Part shown: one piece after another, positions 14,501-25,207 of the stretch
Numbering within the stretch: the stretch's first letter is position 1
Layout of the letters: each line of letters starts with the position of its first letter
Origin: Octopus sinensis
Lineage: Eukaryota
Direction of reading: 5' to 3'
Assembly: GCF_006345805.1 (NCBI RefSeq)
Contig: NC_043014.1
Coordinates: forward strand, 4,588,001 to 4,652,000
Length of the DNA stretch: 64,000 nt
Notes under the pieces: model-generated
Database searches by the model: none
The model's input: only the letters and a program-made list of their open reading frames with translations
What the model was told of the DNA's origin: nothing
Translations under genes and position numbers: made by a program

Positions 14501-16200
14501 AATTTTATATTTACCTGGTAACTTCGAATTATCAATCGCTGATAACCCAGCCTCGGCCTGTTTCATAATTTCAATCCCACGACTTCTGTCTGACAATGTT
14601 CCAGCGTATACTCGTCCCAAGCTCTTGACGGGCTCTTCCTTGACTGTTGGAATGCTTTCTTCAGATATTCGAAACTTAAATTCTTTCTGCACTCCCTTTA
14701 CAAATGTCAGACTACGCGACTTTTTTGCTCTAAATCGCATCCTTGACCACCTTACAAGTTCGTCTAATCTCAAGAGGGCATTCTGCATGATTTTTTCATC
14801 TGTAGCTAGAAGTGTCACGTCATCCATGAAGGCTTTCTTAGGCGATTGTACATGGGCGATTTGTTCCGAAAAATCTACACCTTCCGAAATCAACTCCATG
14901 ACTAATATAAACCACGTGACAGATATCATACAGCCAGCAGCAATGCCAACTTCCAATCGGTGCCAATTTGTTGTAAAATTTCCAGTCGTAAACCTCATTT
15001 CGAAACTGTCATAGTACATCCTCATTATTTTGATCACTTTGTCAGGAATGTGGAAGTGGTCCATGGCTGTTATTAGTAATTTGTGTAAATATGCCACTGT
15101 TCTCCTCGACAGAATTCCCATAAAGATCTTGCCTTGTAGGTATCCTTGATATGAGCATCCAATTCTTCTTTAGTGCACGATAAAGTGCCACTCTTCGGTT
15201 CAGTGAATAGCTTCATAGTAAACCCGTACGGGTCCTTCAGAAACTGCCCCCGAGTCCTTTTACTTTCTTTTCGACGCTCATATCGGCGGATATGTCGTTG
15301 CACATAACGACATTTCCTCTTCAAATCGTTATACAGCAGCGCAAGGCCAGGTTTCTCATCTAATGCAGCACATCTCCATCGCTTTCTTAAGTCGGACTTT
15401 TCCTTCCTCAACTGCTGCATTTTTCTGATCCTCTTGCTTGGTCCACACTTTCCTTTCTCTAGCCGGATATTCTCTTTTATTCCAAATAAATCTTTTTCTA
15501 TATCGTATATTGAGCTTGATAATTTGCCCAGTTTCTCCACTGTAGAGCCTGCCATTTTATAAAGAGCTCGACAAACCTTGTTTTCAAACTCTTTATATTT
15601 CACTTTCTCATTAGCAACAGGCCACAAAACCCTCGGTTTCCTCTGAGTATTATCCGATGCACCAGTTTCATGACTTGTAGTTTCATCACGCGAAAAGGTC
15701 TCTGCTGTAGCATTTATCGATCTGCTGTGGTTTGAGTCCGGGGATGATTTGCCACGTGTTTTACGATCTGACGATCCACACTGCTTTTTCCTCTTCTCAC
15801 AAGTCTTTCCCTGATGTATCTTCAAGCCTCTCACAGTTGCAAAGGTTCTACAGCACAGCTTGCATCCAAAGTTGTTTGCATTTCGTTCGCTGTTCGAATG
15901 AATAACCGCACTCATTTCCAAGGTCATTCCCGTGCTGACTCGGTTTGATTGATTCTCGATTCTCCCCTCTCAGGCGATCGTGGGGCTGTCATATCCATTC
16001 ATATCTGTTACAATATATTACAAAGGCGAGGATCGTAAGTCCGCAGCCTCCACCAGTCTTTCCTGGTGTCGATAGTCTTTCCTATTGTCCGCTCGTCTTT
16101 CCGAGCAGTCCTCTTGTCTTTCCAAGATGCCTAACCGTCTTTCCGGTTTGTCAGTGGTTCCCTACCACAAGGTCTTAGATGTCTTGCAAACAACTTGCAC
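14500..16200 (-). mobile_element. HERO/NeSL-type RLE non-LTR retrotransposon, 5' part (UTR, zinc finger, deleted RT)
   Basis: ORF 15073-15927 contains CKLCCRTFATVRGLKIHQGKTC and RKPRVLWP. ORF 14480-15121 contains GIAAGCMISV, AFMDD, PTVKEEPVKSLGR and LPGKYK. Internal deletions remove part of the early RT domains. Confidence 0.88.
16051..16148 (-). ncRNA. Array of five stem-loops sharing a G-GAAAGA-C loop upstream of the HERO ORF
   Basis: Minus strand: AACCG-GAAAGA-CGGTT, TCTTG-GAAAGA-CAAGA, CTGCTCG-GAAAGA-CGAGCGG, ATAG-GAAAGA-CTAT, CACCAG-GAAAGA-CTGGTG, spaced about 20 nt apart. Confidence 0.8.
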
Positions 16201-16532
16201 ATGCAAGTGCTACCAGTTAAAAGCTCCGTATACCGGAAGCTAGCAAGTGTATGGGGTCATCAGGAGAGATTGCGCGCCGTTTCGGGGCCTACCTATCGAC
16301 GGCATCAATGCGCACTGATATGAGGCTCCGCTTGCTAGATCAGCTGGTTATGAAGAACTCAATATACTTTTAGCCATCGCTCATCGTCTCTTTTTAACCA
16401 AATCCAGTGGCTAGCCTTCTCCACTGTAGATTGGATATCAGTCATGATGGTATTGATTTTACGATGAGTTTGGCCTAGCGATAACAACAGTCGTCTCACG
16501 CTGTGTCCAACAAACCCTCTACATCCAATTTC
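16200..16532 (-). mobile_element. HERO 3' end (RLE C-terminus and 3' UTR) of an upstream copy
   Basis: EIGCRGFVG...VEKASHWIWLKR then TGA at ~16359. The UTR is closed by a CTAGCAAG/CTTGCTAG pairing. Confidence 0.8.
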
Positions 16533-17901
16533 TTTATTAGCCACATGGGCCCAAACATAGAGTGGGACAATACAGCCTGATTGGGGTCAGACACACAATG
16601 ATTATATGACTCTTAAAATTTTACAAAATATAATGAAATCGAATGAAATCGAATGAGATACAACAAGGACGAAATACACACGTGAGATGAAGCAGAGAGA
16701 TGGCTTACGCTCCGACCCCACGAGCCCCATTCTCCTACTGAAACATTTGTATGCAGACTTATGACATGTTCATGAGGAATCTTTCATTCCCAGCACCCTC
16801 GCAACATGCAACCATCTTTCTTTGAACATTTTCTTTGACAGGCATCTTCTTTCCAGCCTCACCTTCCTTTTAAGGAGGAAGATAAAATATCTCACCAACC
16901 CGAGACCGGAGATGAGGTTGCCTGTCGCCAAACCTTTCATTCGCGACTTCCATACCACCTCTTTCGCTATTGCTTACCTTCTTTCGTGAGGAAATCCGGC
17001 GGGTCAATTTTTACAATTGACTCAGACGACAGCTGTACTCTTCCCGAACCTGATAGCAGATGTTCTGCATAAACCCACACTTCAGACACTCCCGAACACT
17101 GAACAATAGCGTGCAGGACAGTTTCCCTATCCCGTCTGCATCTTGGACAGTCGGCAGTGGTGGTTCGACCGTGTCCTGCGAGCTTATCCCGAACGGGTAA
17201 GGCTCCTCGGTAACATTGCCAGGCCAGAGATTTTTGGAAATTATCCAAATACCCCGGCCCAAACGTCCTTCGGAACAGACTGTCTAACTGGTTATCTCCG
17301 AGACCTAGGGTTTCCTCTAGGATATCGTCGTTCCCAGCCTCTACCAACCTGCTATAGAAAAATGTGGTTGTGCCAAAACCGCTAGCATTACCCGAGCGAT
17401 GGAACTGTAGGAGTGCTTTACGGCACTCCGTAAACCATGTACCCGACCTCGTTCTACGAAGGAACCAGCTTTCTTGTCCACTAAAACTTGTGAACCTGGG
17501 AAACATCCGTTTCGCGTGCGGAGACCACACCTGTTAACCATTCAGGAGTAGCCAGAGATGCCTCAACCTCAGCGCATGTTTGCGCATCAACAGCCAAGGC
17601 ATCCCCAGTCCTCCATTCAACGGCTTTTGGCAGCAGAGAGAACGCCTCACTAGAGGAGTGGTGCCCTTCCACAAAAAGCGGAAGATCTGCTTCTCCAGCT
17701 TGCTCAACCACGAACCGGGACAGGGCACGACGGTTAGGCGGTAAATGATGACCGATGCGATACCTCCGCCCTCCCTTTCAAGGATAGCCACCGCCAAGAC
17801 CAGGTCTTGACTATGCAGGTCACCTTGCTCAATACCTCTGCCCAGTTCTTTTCTACCTGGAGGTCTGGTCCAAACCATACCCCTAACAGCTTAACCGGGC
17901 C
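16533..17901 (-). mobile_element. 5'-truncated Tx1-clade LINE inserted into the HERO endonuclease region
   Basis: Fragments GPVKLLGVWFGPDL, PLNGGLGMPWL, FQKSLAWQCYRGALPV and CPRCRRDRETVLHAIVQC are homologous to ORF2 at 21843-25142. The 3' end is ...CATGTGGCTAATAAA. Confidence 0.9.
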
Positions 17902-18311
17902 CTGTTAGCTCGAATATATTTACAACTTTCTTTCTTTCACACCACATCAAAATATCTGTTTTTTTCGAAACTGGGATGGGAAAGAAAACCTGGCACCCTG
18001 GTAAATCTGCAGTTACCTCCCAATAGCCGTTCCACTTTTCATTTTTCTCAGGAAGTTTCTTGATCTTCTTCTTGAAACGGATCCGCTGACCTGGTCGCAC
18101 GATGGTAATGAAATCTCTTGATGGTACTTTTAGCGGTTTTTCCTCAGTGTTGTTGAGATGAATTTGGTTCTTTATAGCATTGAAGATAACCTTAAGGACC
18201 AAGTTGTGCCTCCATGTGTACCTGTTCAATGCTAATGAACAGTTGGAAAGATAACGTGTTAGTGTACCTACCTTTCTACATTTGCAGATGTCATTCTCTA
18301 AGACGTTCCAT
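17902..18311 (-). mobile_element. HERO CCHC/RLE region (5' side of the Tx1 interruption)
   Basis: CKCRKVGTLTRYLSNCSLALNRYTWRHNLVL...KTDILMW...IFELT. Confidence 0.8.
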
Positions 18312-18860
18312 CTTTGAAACAGGTGATATGGGAAAGTGCAACATTGACAGCAAAATATTTGTAGAGTAAATGCAGGGCTAATTCGACTAAGCAACATGCT
18401 ATGCGTCCGTTTGGAGTGTTTCAGGCCCTAACCTGTCATGCAAAATTAAAGGTGGGGTTTGTGTGATTTTTGAACGCACCGAAAAGCTGTCAGTGGATAT
18501 ACTCTCCTTTGCAGCAGTGTGCGCTGTGTCTAACACGACCCATCATCGGAAATTTTGGCACCTCACGTCGGGTTTGTTGTCCTACATCACTCATAGAGTA
18601 AATTTGGAGGAACTGTGGTTGTTCATTCGCGGGTACCAGAGAACCAATGAGGGGATAGACTTGCCCTTGAACTTTGACGTCGGCGTAAATTCATGTTTAT
18701 CTATCTTCTTAGATTCACCAAACGATGTCATTTGAAATGCAGAGTTGTATTGTCTGATATTGTTCATAAAATCCTTTGACTGGATTGAAACGCCTTCTAG
18801 AAGATTCCTAAGGTGTTGAGATGGTAGTGTTGGCAATGATACCTGTCCGAATATGTTGTC
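18312..18860 (-). mobile_element. Helitron Rep N-terminal remnant (copy in gene A intron 1)
   Basis: NNIRQYNSAFQMTSFG and the F-K-x-Q-G-Q-V-Y-x-x-I-G-S-L region, which I recognise as Helitron Rep-helicase N-terminal motifs. Paralogs lie at ~42258-42840 and ~58152-58770. Confidence 0.75.
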
Positions 18861-18943
18861 ATCTATTGCATTGTTTTAAGTTCTAAACGATAATGAATAC
18901 CCTGAAGTTCTATTTATATGATGCTATTTCTATTTTTTCACAG

Positions 18944-18995
18944 AACCGTTTCATCTCCAAGAAATCTCTCGACGATAAACCTGATGACACACCAA
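18944..18995 (+). CDS. Gene A exon 2a (NRFISKKSLDDKPDDTP)
   Basis: TTTTTTCACAG|AACCGT...CCAA|GTAAG, 52 nt, phase 0 to 1. It bridges exon 1 and exon 3 in frame and is conserved in four copies. Confidence 0.75.
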
Positions 18996-19229
18996 GTAAG
19001 AACTAATTTTATAGCTAAAGTATTTTACCCGTGTCTCCTTAACCAATGATTTATAATTTCACCAACTTTGAATTAGTTCCACATTACTATCCATATGTCC
19101 ACAATAATATATACTAAGACACTTGCCTGAATTTATTTCAAAATATATTCTACTTTACAATAATTTCCTAAATAAAATGTTACTCTAATATACAATGCCA
19201 TTTATTGTGTATATGAGTATATATGCATT

Positions 19230-20800
19230 GCTACGTCGATAATTGTACCAAGCAGCATGTCGTCTACAAATAACAGTCGACCGATCACGTAGAGATGAAT
19301 TAGGTTACCTCTACCACAATGGCTGCGCATATTCAACCAGTTGACAAAAAAGAACGTGAGAAGGAGCACTAACAATGCACACTTCAACTAAGTGAAACCT
19401 TCACGTTGAAAACTTTCGACTTTTACAGAAATACAATCATTTGAACATCCATATGGCAGCCAGTATTTGCCCATTAAACTCACCTTCCTGGTAAACCATC
19501 CACAACATTCCCCAGGACACGTGATCGTGTGCCTTTTCGTGGTTTACAGCGTCTAAAGCTTGGAAATGCTTCAAATTTTGCTGGAAGATCTGTCTTTGAA
19601 TGACTATCTGGTCAAGTGTACCGCGTGGCGGACGGTAATCTTGGGCGCGACAATTTCCCTACATATCTTTTCCTGACATCAAGTGTAGACTTTTCTATAA
19701 TTAGAACACACTCTTTGATCTTTGTTTGAAAAAATTGTGACTGTCACTCCATATTACCATTGCCTTGGTGTTTTTTCCAGAGGTCCCATCCACCTAGCAT
19801 ACATGGGTCACTCAGAGAATACCATCTGTATTTAAGGTTTCTAAAATATCAAGCCGAACGTGCTTATCACCAGCAGCTTTATCACTTTTAAGTGAGTTTA
19901 GCTCAAATAAGCGTTCAACCGAAGAAGAACCTGCTGAATAAAATAATACAATCACGAATCCATTTCGAGGTCCAACTTCATTCAGGCGGGTCACTCTCAA
20001 TTTGGATGCAAAAGTCTCCACATTTTTGTTTCTGATCCCAGCATCCACTGCGGCTTCCAACTGTATTCTGTAAGTCGAATTGGACTTACCAATTTCAAGT
20101 GTTCGGTAAACTGTAGGAATTTTCAGGTTTTTAGACATTTAGGTAGTGACGAGTTGATAACTCCACCCTTCTTCTTACACAAACGTTCAGCAAAGAGTGA
20201 AAGAGGACCGAACTCAATCAGAAACCTCTGTCACCAAGTATTTCTATGCCAGGTACCCTTATAAATATCCCTGTCTTAAAATAATATCTATACCATAGAG
20301 TGGAGAGTGTGTATCCTGCACAGAAGGCTGCTATGATCTCTCCATTAAGTTCACTGACGACATTCCTTCCAATCAATCCTTGTCACGGTTATCAGTGCCA
20401 AGGTGTGCACTGAAGTCTCCTTGCAGGACAAATGACTTTACCCCAAATATATCTAAAGCTGAGGTGAATTTGCTTAGGAAGGATTTGTATTTGACCTCGG
20501 TGTTTGCTGCTTATACTTCCAGCAGCAACAGTGGTCCTTCATATTCAGCCTTAGTTTCAAGGGGTGAACCCTCACACTTAGTCGGTTTCACTCCATAATA
20601 CAATCCGAAAGCTGGGGATTGAGAGTATCCTAATCCTACCTGTGGAGACATTGTTGGCAGCACAGTTGCGTAGTGGAGTTTCAAGCCTATATCCAAGTGT
20701 ACGCTATCGGAGAAAGGAAATTTTGTAGAGGAGACACCGATTATATCTTACAGGCAGATTATATCTAACAATTTTGACGTTTTAATTCTCAATTATTAAA
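19230..20800 (-). mobile_element. Old RTE-type LINE remnant (APE plus RT), duplicated with the gene unit
   Basis: Degenerate motifs: VLQGDFSAHLG, KAAGDK, DQI..RQIF, EKAHDHV, RLLFVDD. Paralogs lie at ~29240-31300, ~43200-45420 and ~59150-61350. Confidence 0.75.
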
Positions 20801-20856
20801 GGTTGTTCCCTTCTTGATCTGCTTTGTCGTCCTGAGACCGTCAATATTGTGCTCCC

Positions 20857-20890
20857 ATCAAAAACGGTAAGTCATGGATTTTGTGTTAAC
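20857..20890 (+). pseudogene. Orphan 3' tip of a second exon 1 with its splice donor (deletion junction)
   Basis: Intron-2 sequence matching 61081-61121 ends at GTGCTCCCA and switches to TCAAAAACG|GTAAGTCATGGATTTTGTG, which is identical to the end of exon 1. Confidence 0.85.
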
Positions 20891-21149
20891 ATATGTATGT
20901 CTGTATGCATGTATTTATTTAGGTATGTATGTGTGCGTGTGTGTGAATATGTGTGTATGTATTATGTATGTGTGCTTGTGTGTGAATATGTGTGTACGTA
21001 TTATGCATGTGTGAGTGTGTGTAAATATGTGTATGTGTATTATGTATGTGTGCGTGTGTGTAAATATGTGTGTATGTATTATGTATGTGTGCGTGTGTGT
21101 AAATATGTGTGTGAGTATGGATTGATAGATTTGGGGATAGACAGACAGA

Positions 21150-21217
21150 CAGAGAGTCAGAGAGAGAGAGAGATAGGTAGGTAGATAGACAGACAGACAG
21201 ACAGACAGAAAGATAGT

Positions 21218-21291
<74 letters not shown>

Positions 21292-21300
21292 GATGGGATG

Positions 21301-21375
<75 letters not shown>
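21150..21375. repeat. (GATA)n/(GACA)n microsatellite at the Tx1 3' end
   Basis: Direct reading of the sequence. It abuts the AATAAAAAG end of the element. Confidence 0.95.
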
Positions 21376-21377
<2 letters not shown>

Positions 21378-21539
21378 CTTTTTATTGTAGCCACACAGGG
21401 CTAAACACAGAATAAAAATGGACGAAATACAATGTAGAATTTTTTCTTTTCGAGGTGGGTTGGGTGGGGCACAAAAAAAACAAAAACAAAAACACGTTTG
21501 ATCAATAGGGATCTGTGGGTTGTGTGGTGTATAAAAAGG

Positions 21540-21576
<37 letters not shown>

Positions 21577-21842
21577 TCACAGTTTAGGTGTAGCCTTGGA
21601 GAGAAAAACCTACAAAAAAGACCAAGGTCACCTCAGACAATTCGAAAAAGAACACATGAGTAAGTCGCCTTACTTCTCGTTGTCTCTTTTGGTTACAGAT
21701 TTATGCTTTAAATAGTGTCGTCTTTCATACTGACCATTTTTGCCACTTTTACCCACTTTTTATTAAAACATTCGTTCGACAAAGCCTTCCTCTCTATTCT
21801 CATCCTCCTTTTCAAGTGATACTTGAAAAAGTTGACGAGAAA

Positions 21843-24800
21843 CTAACCAGAGAGGAAGGTGTTTGTTTGCAGTCTTTTCAAACGCGTCCACCACACACAT
21901 TCTTTCGCCATAGCCATCAGCGTAACGAAAACCGTTTTCCCTTCCCGTTTAAAGGAAGGTGGTGGAACAATATTGACGATAGACTCGGCCGATAGGCGAG
22001 CCCGACCTACACGTGACAACAGCTGTTCGACGAAGGACCACAGCTCTGAAATATCTGGACACCGCACGAGTGCGTGCAGAACGGTTTCGTCGCTCTGACC
22101 GCATCTCGGGCAGGTCGGTCCGGTGATGGTTTTCGAACCGTGTCTGTAGCTCTTCTCTCGAACAGGTAGTGCGTCTCGATAGCACTGCCAAGCCAGGGAT
22201 TTCTGGAAGTTATCCATAGGCCCCGGCCCGAACGTCGTCCTGAACAGGCGGGTTAGGAATTCTTCGTCGACGCCCAGGTTTGCCCCGAGTGTGTCGTCGG
22301 ACCTCCCCTCCACTAGTCCTCTATAGAACGCTTTAGTCGTTTGTAAGTTGCACAAGTTTGACCCCGAACGGCAGAGCTGCTGTAGAGCTTGGCGACACTC
22401 TCGGTGCCAATCGCCCAGTTTCGGTCTCTTTTTGATCCACGTTTGCAGTTCGGTCGGTGAGACGAGCTGCGGGAAGTCGCGCCTCACAAACGGCGCCCAC
22501 ACCTGTTCACCGTCGTCGATGAATTTCCAGAGATGTCGCAGTCTCAGCGCATGCCTGCGCATCATCAACCACGGCATGCCCAGTCCTCCATTCAAAGGAT
22601 GTTGACAGCAAATGGACTTCCTCACCATCGGAACGCCACACTTCCACAGGAAGCGGAAGAGTATGCGTTCCAGTTTGGTGATGGTGGCGTCGGGACAAGG
22701 AACGACGGTCAGGCGGTAATCGATGACGGATGCGATGTACGCGTTCGCCACCTCCGCCCGGCCTTTTAGAGACAGCTTTCTCTCGGCCCATGTTTGACTG
22801 AGAGCGACCACTCTACTCGTGATCTCGTCCCAGTTCTTATCCATTTGGAGGTCCGGACTGAACCAGACCCCGAGCAATTTAACCGGTCCGTCCGTCCAGC
22901 GTCCCACTACTGAGCCGCAGTCGGACGGCATGGGCTTGCTTCTCCAGGTGCCGAGTAGCAAATCCACTGACTTTTCCGGGTTAACCTTTGCTCCCGTCAC
23001 CGTTTCGTATTCTCTTAGTGTCTCGCCAATCATCTTGATGTGTTTGTCGCTCGACACTATGACGGTGACATCTTCCGCATATACTGACACGCTCGTCCCG
23101 CAACCCAGTTCCCGTGGGATGCCCCTCAGTGTCGCCAGCTTCCGCAGTAGCGGTTCGAGAGTCAATACATACAGAAGCGCCGACAGGGGACACCCCTGAC
23201 GGACCGAACGCGTGATGTCAAACGGTTTCGACAGGTGACCGTTCACCCGAATCACCGATCGGATGCCGCTATACAAGGCAGCGATCCAACCGCGGAAGAC
23301 GGGACCGAAGCCAGCCGCCCTGAGGACGGCCGCCAAGTACCGATGGTCGACCCTATCGAAGGCTTTAGACTGATCCAAATTTATCAGCGCCCCACCCATG
23401 CCAGGATCCTTAACTACCCTGTCCACAATGTAGCGCATCAGATAGAGGTTGTCATGTATGGTTCTGCCCGGCACGGCGCATGTTTGCGCCCTGTCGACTA
23501 GTTTACCAATGACAAGCGCCAACCTCTCGGCTATTACTTTGGCCAAAATTTTCAAATCTGCGTTGAGCAGAGTGATGGGCCTGAAATTATCTATAAAATT
23601 CCCCTTGTTTCGGTCTTTCTTCAGCAACGTTACTGCACCTCGGCTCACGAAACCGGGGATTCTCCCGTTTTGTTGCCAGTTGCAGTAGACTGATGCCAAG
23701 AGGTCGCCAAACAAGTCTGGCATTCGACAAAACAGCTCGTAGGGTAAACCATCCAATCCAGGCGACTTATCCCTCACGCAGCCCGCCATCGCATCCCACA
23801 CGTCAGCGGCTGTGATGGGACTTTCACAACACTCCGCTTCTCTTGCTGAGAGCCGCGGCAGGTCGGTCAGGTAGGCACTGAAATCCATCCCGCGTTCCGA
23901 CCCACCAATCGCACCAAACAGTCGAGCAAAGTGCTGTTGAAAGGCCTCACACATCCTTTCGGGTTCGAGTAAACTGCATCCCTGTTGATCTATTAGAGAC
24001 CGAATGGTGGCTCTGTTGCCACGCTGCTCCTCCGCTACCCGGGCCTCTCGCGCAACTTCGATCCCTTCGTTCCTTAAGGCACGCATTTTAGCTCTGACGA
24101 CGCAACCTTCGTGCTTGGCGTTGAGGTGTTGGTCGAGGGCCATCCTCGCAGCCAGCACGTTGGTTGCGCTGCCAGTGGTAAGTGCCTCTTCTAGTTTCTT
24201 AACCAAGTCTCCCTCTACTCTATTTCGTTTTATCGCTAATTCCTTGCTAAACCTAATTAATTCCGATTTTATTGCCATTTTCAGGGCGTACCACCAGCGG
24301 TTGTTAACGACGGCTCCCGTCAGCGCCCTCTTAATTAACTCGCTAATCCGGTTCCTGTAAACCTGTCGCGCTAACAGCGACGTGTTCAGTTTCCAGTAAC
24401 CGGGACCCTGCCTATGTGTTTTATCTAAGTCGAGCGTACACGTAACAAATTTGTAATCTGTGTAGCTGACTATTTTAAATTGTGGACATCCTACACTATC
24501 CCTATCCGCTGTCCTGCATAGAATTCTATCTAGATAAGATCTCGACGATCCGACGCGGTTTGTCCAAGTCCACGTTGGCACGTTCGGATGGTCGAGTCGG
24601 AACCTGTCAGACAAATGGAAACGTCTGAACAGGTCTTTGAGGCTCTTACACCCCCTTCTATTCCTATCCCTTCCCACATAATCTAGATGCGTGTCCAAGG
24701 TAGCGTTCCAATCCCCTACTAACAGTAAAGGTCTAGACGTACCCAGGAAAACCTCTAGACGTCTGAAGAAATCCGCCCGACCTGTTAAGGATGGTGCATA

Positions 24801-25142
24801 AAATGCCATCAGACGGAATGCACACCCATTTCTGCCATCCACGTCCAAGACAACCAGCCTACCCTCCGGGTCTAGGAATATTGCTCTTATTTTTACATTT
24901 AGACTCTTTCGAAAAAGCACCGCGGTACCTCCACCACCCATGTCCGGCAGACAGGGAGAAAAATAAATGTCAAATTGATTGCCAAACATGGACTCGAGGG
25001 CCCGCGGCTTACTGAGTCTGGTTTCACTGATAGCTACTATATCCACATTTAGTGACTTGATGTCGTTTAGAAGGTAACCTTGCTTCCAAGCCGACGCCAA
25101 GCCACGCGCATTCACACAACCTAATTTAAGCATACTTGACAT
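21843..25142 (-). CDS. Tx1 ORF2: APE endonuclease, RT and CCHC, 1099 aa to a premature TAG
   Basis: VNARGL, AISET, GDWNA, YLDRI; SPGLDG, FRPITLLNAD, DQSKAFDRVDH, VRQGCPLS, YAED; CPRCGQSDETVLHALVRC. The frame continues 44 codons past the TAG and aligns with ORF 16770-16958. Confidence 0.92.
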   Translation of the reverse strand: MSSMLKLGCVNARGLASAWKQGYLLNDIKSLNVDIVAISETRLSKPRALESMFGNQFDIYFSPCLPDMGGGGTAVLFRKSLNVKIRAIFLDPEGRLVVLDVDGRNGCAFRLMAFYAPSLTGRADFFRRLEVFLGTSRPLLLVGDWNATLDTHLDYVGRDRNRRGCKSLKDLFRRFHLSDRFRLDHPNVPTWTWTNRVGSSRSYLDRILCRTADRDSVGCPQFKIVSYTDYKFVTCTLDLDKTHRQGPGYWKLNTSLLARQVYRNRISELIKRALTGAVVNNRWWYALKMAIKSELIRFSKELAIKRNRVEGDLVKKLEEALTTGSATNVLAARMALDQHLNAKHEGCVVRAKMRALRNEGIEVAREARVAEEQRGNRATIRSLIDQQGCSLLEPERMCEAFQQHFARLFGAIGGSERGMDFSAYLTDLPRLSAREAECCESPITAADVWDAMAGCVRDKSPGLDGLPYELFCRMPDLFGDLLASVYCNWQQNGRIPGFVSRGAVTLLKKDRNKGNFIDNFRPITLLNADLKILAKVIAERLALVIGKLVDRAQTCAVPGRTIHDNLYLMRYIVDRVVKDPGMGGALINLDQSKAFDRVDHRYLAAVLRAAGFGPVFRGWIAALYSGIRSVIRVNGHLSKPFDITRSVRQGCPLSALLYVLTLEPLLRKLATLRGIPRELGCGTSVSVYAEDVTVIVSSDKHIKMIGETLREYETVTGAKVNPEKSVDLLLGTWRSKPMPSDCGSVVGRWTDGPVKLLGVWFSPDLQMDKNWDEITSRVVALSQTWAERKLSLKGRAEVANAYIASVIDYRLTVVPCPDATITKLERILFRFLWKCGVPMVRKSICCQHPLNGGLGMPWLMMRRHALRLRHLWKFIDDGEQVWAPFVRRDFPQLVSPTELQTWIKKRPKLGDWHRECRQALQQLCRSGSNLCNLQTTKAFYRGLVEGRSDDTLGANLGVDEEFLTRLFRTTFGPGPMDNFQKSLAWQCYRDALPVREKSYRHGSKTITGPTCPRCGQSDETVLHALVRCPDISELWSFVEQLLSRVGRARLSAESIVNIVPPPSFKREGKTVFVTLMAMAKECVWWTRLKRLQTNTFLSG

Positions 25143-25207
25143 TTACGGAAATTGTGTTTTACACACTACATTAGAAGAGACAAGAGGCAAGAGGGGAGGT
25201 CACTTAC

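Noticed and set aside
16245-16300. Permuted hammerhead in the HERO 3' UTR (GTC, GAAAC, CTGATGA all present)
   Set aside because: The order would need a pseudoknot, and stem II would have to pair CCCC with CCCC. The same bases fit better into one long hairpin.
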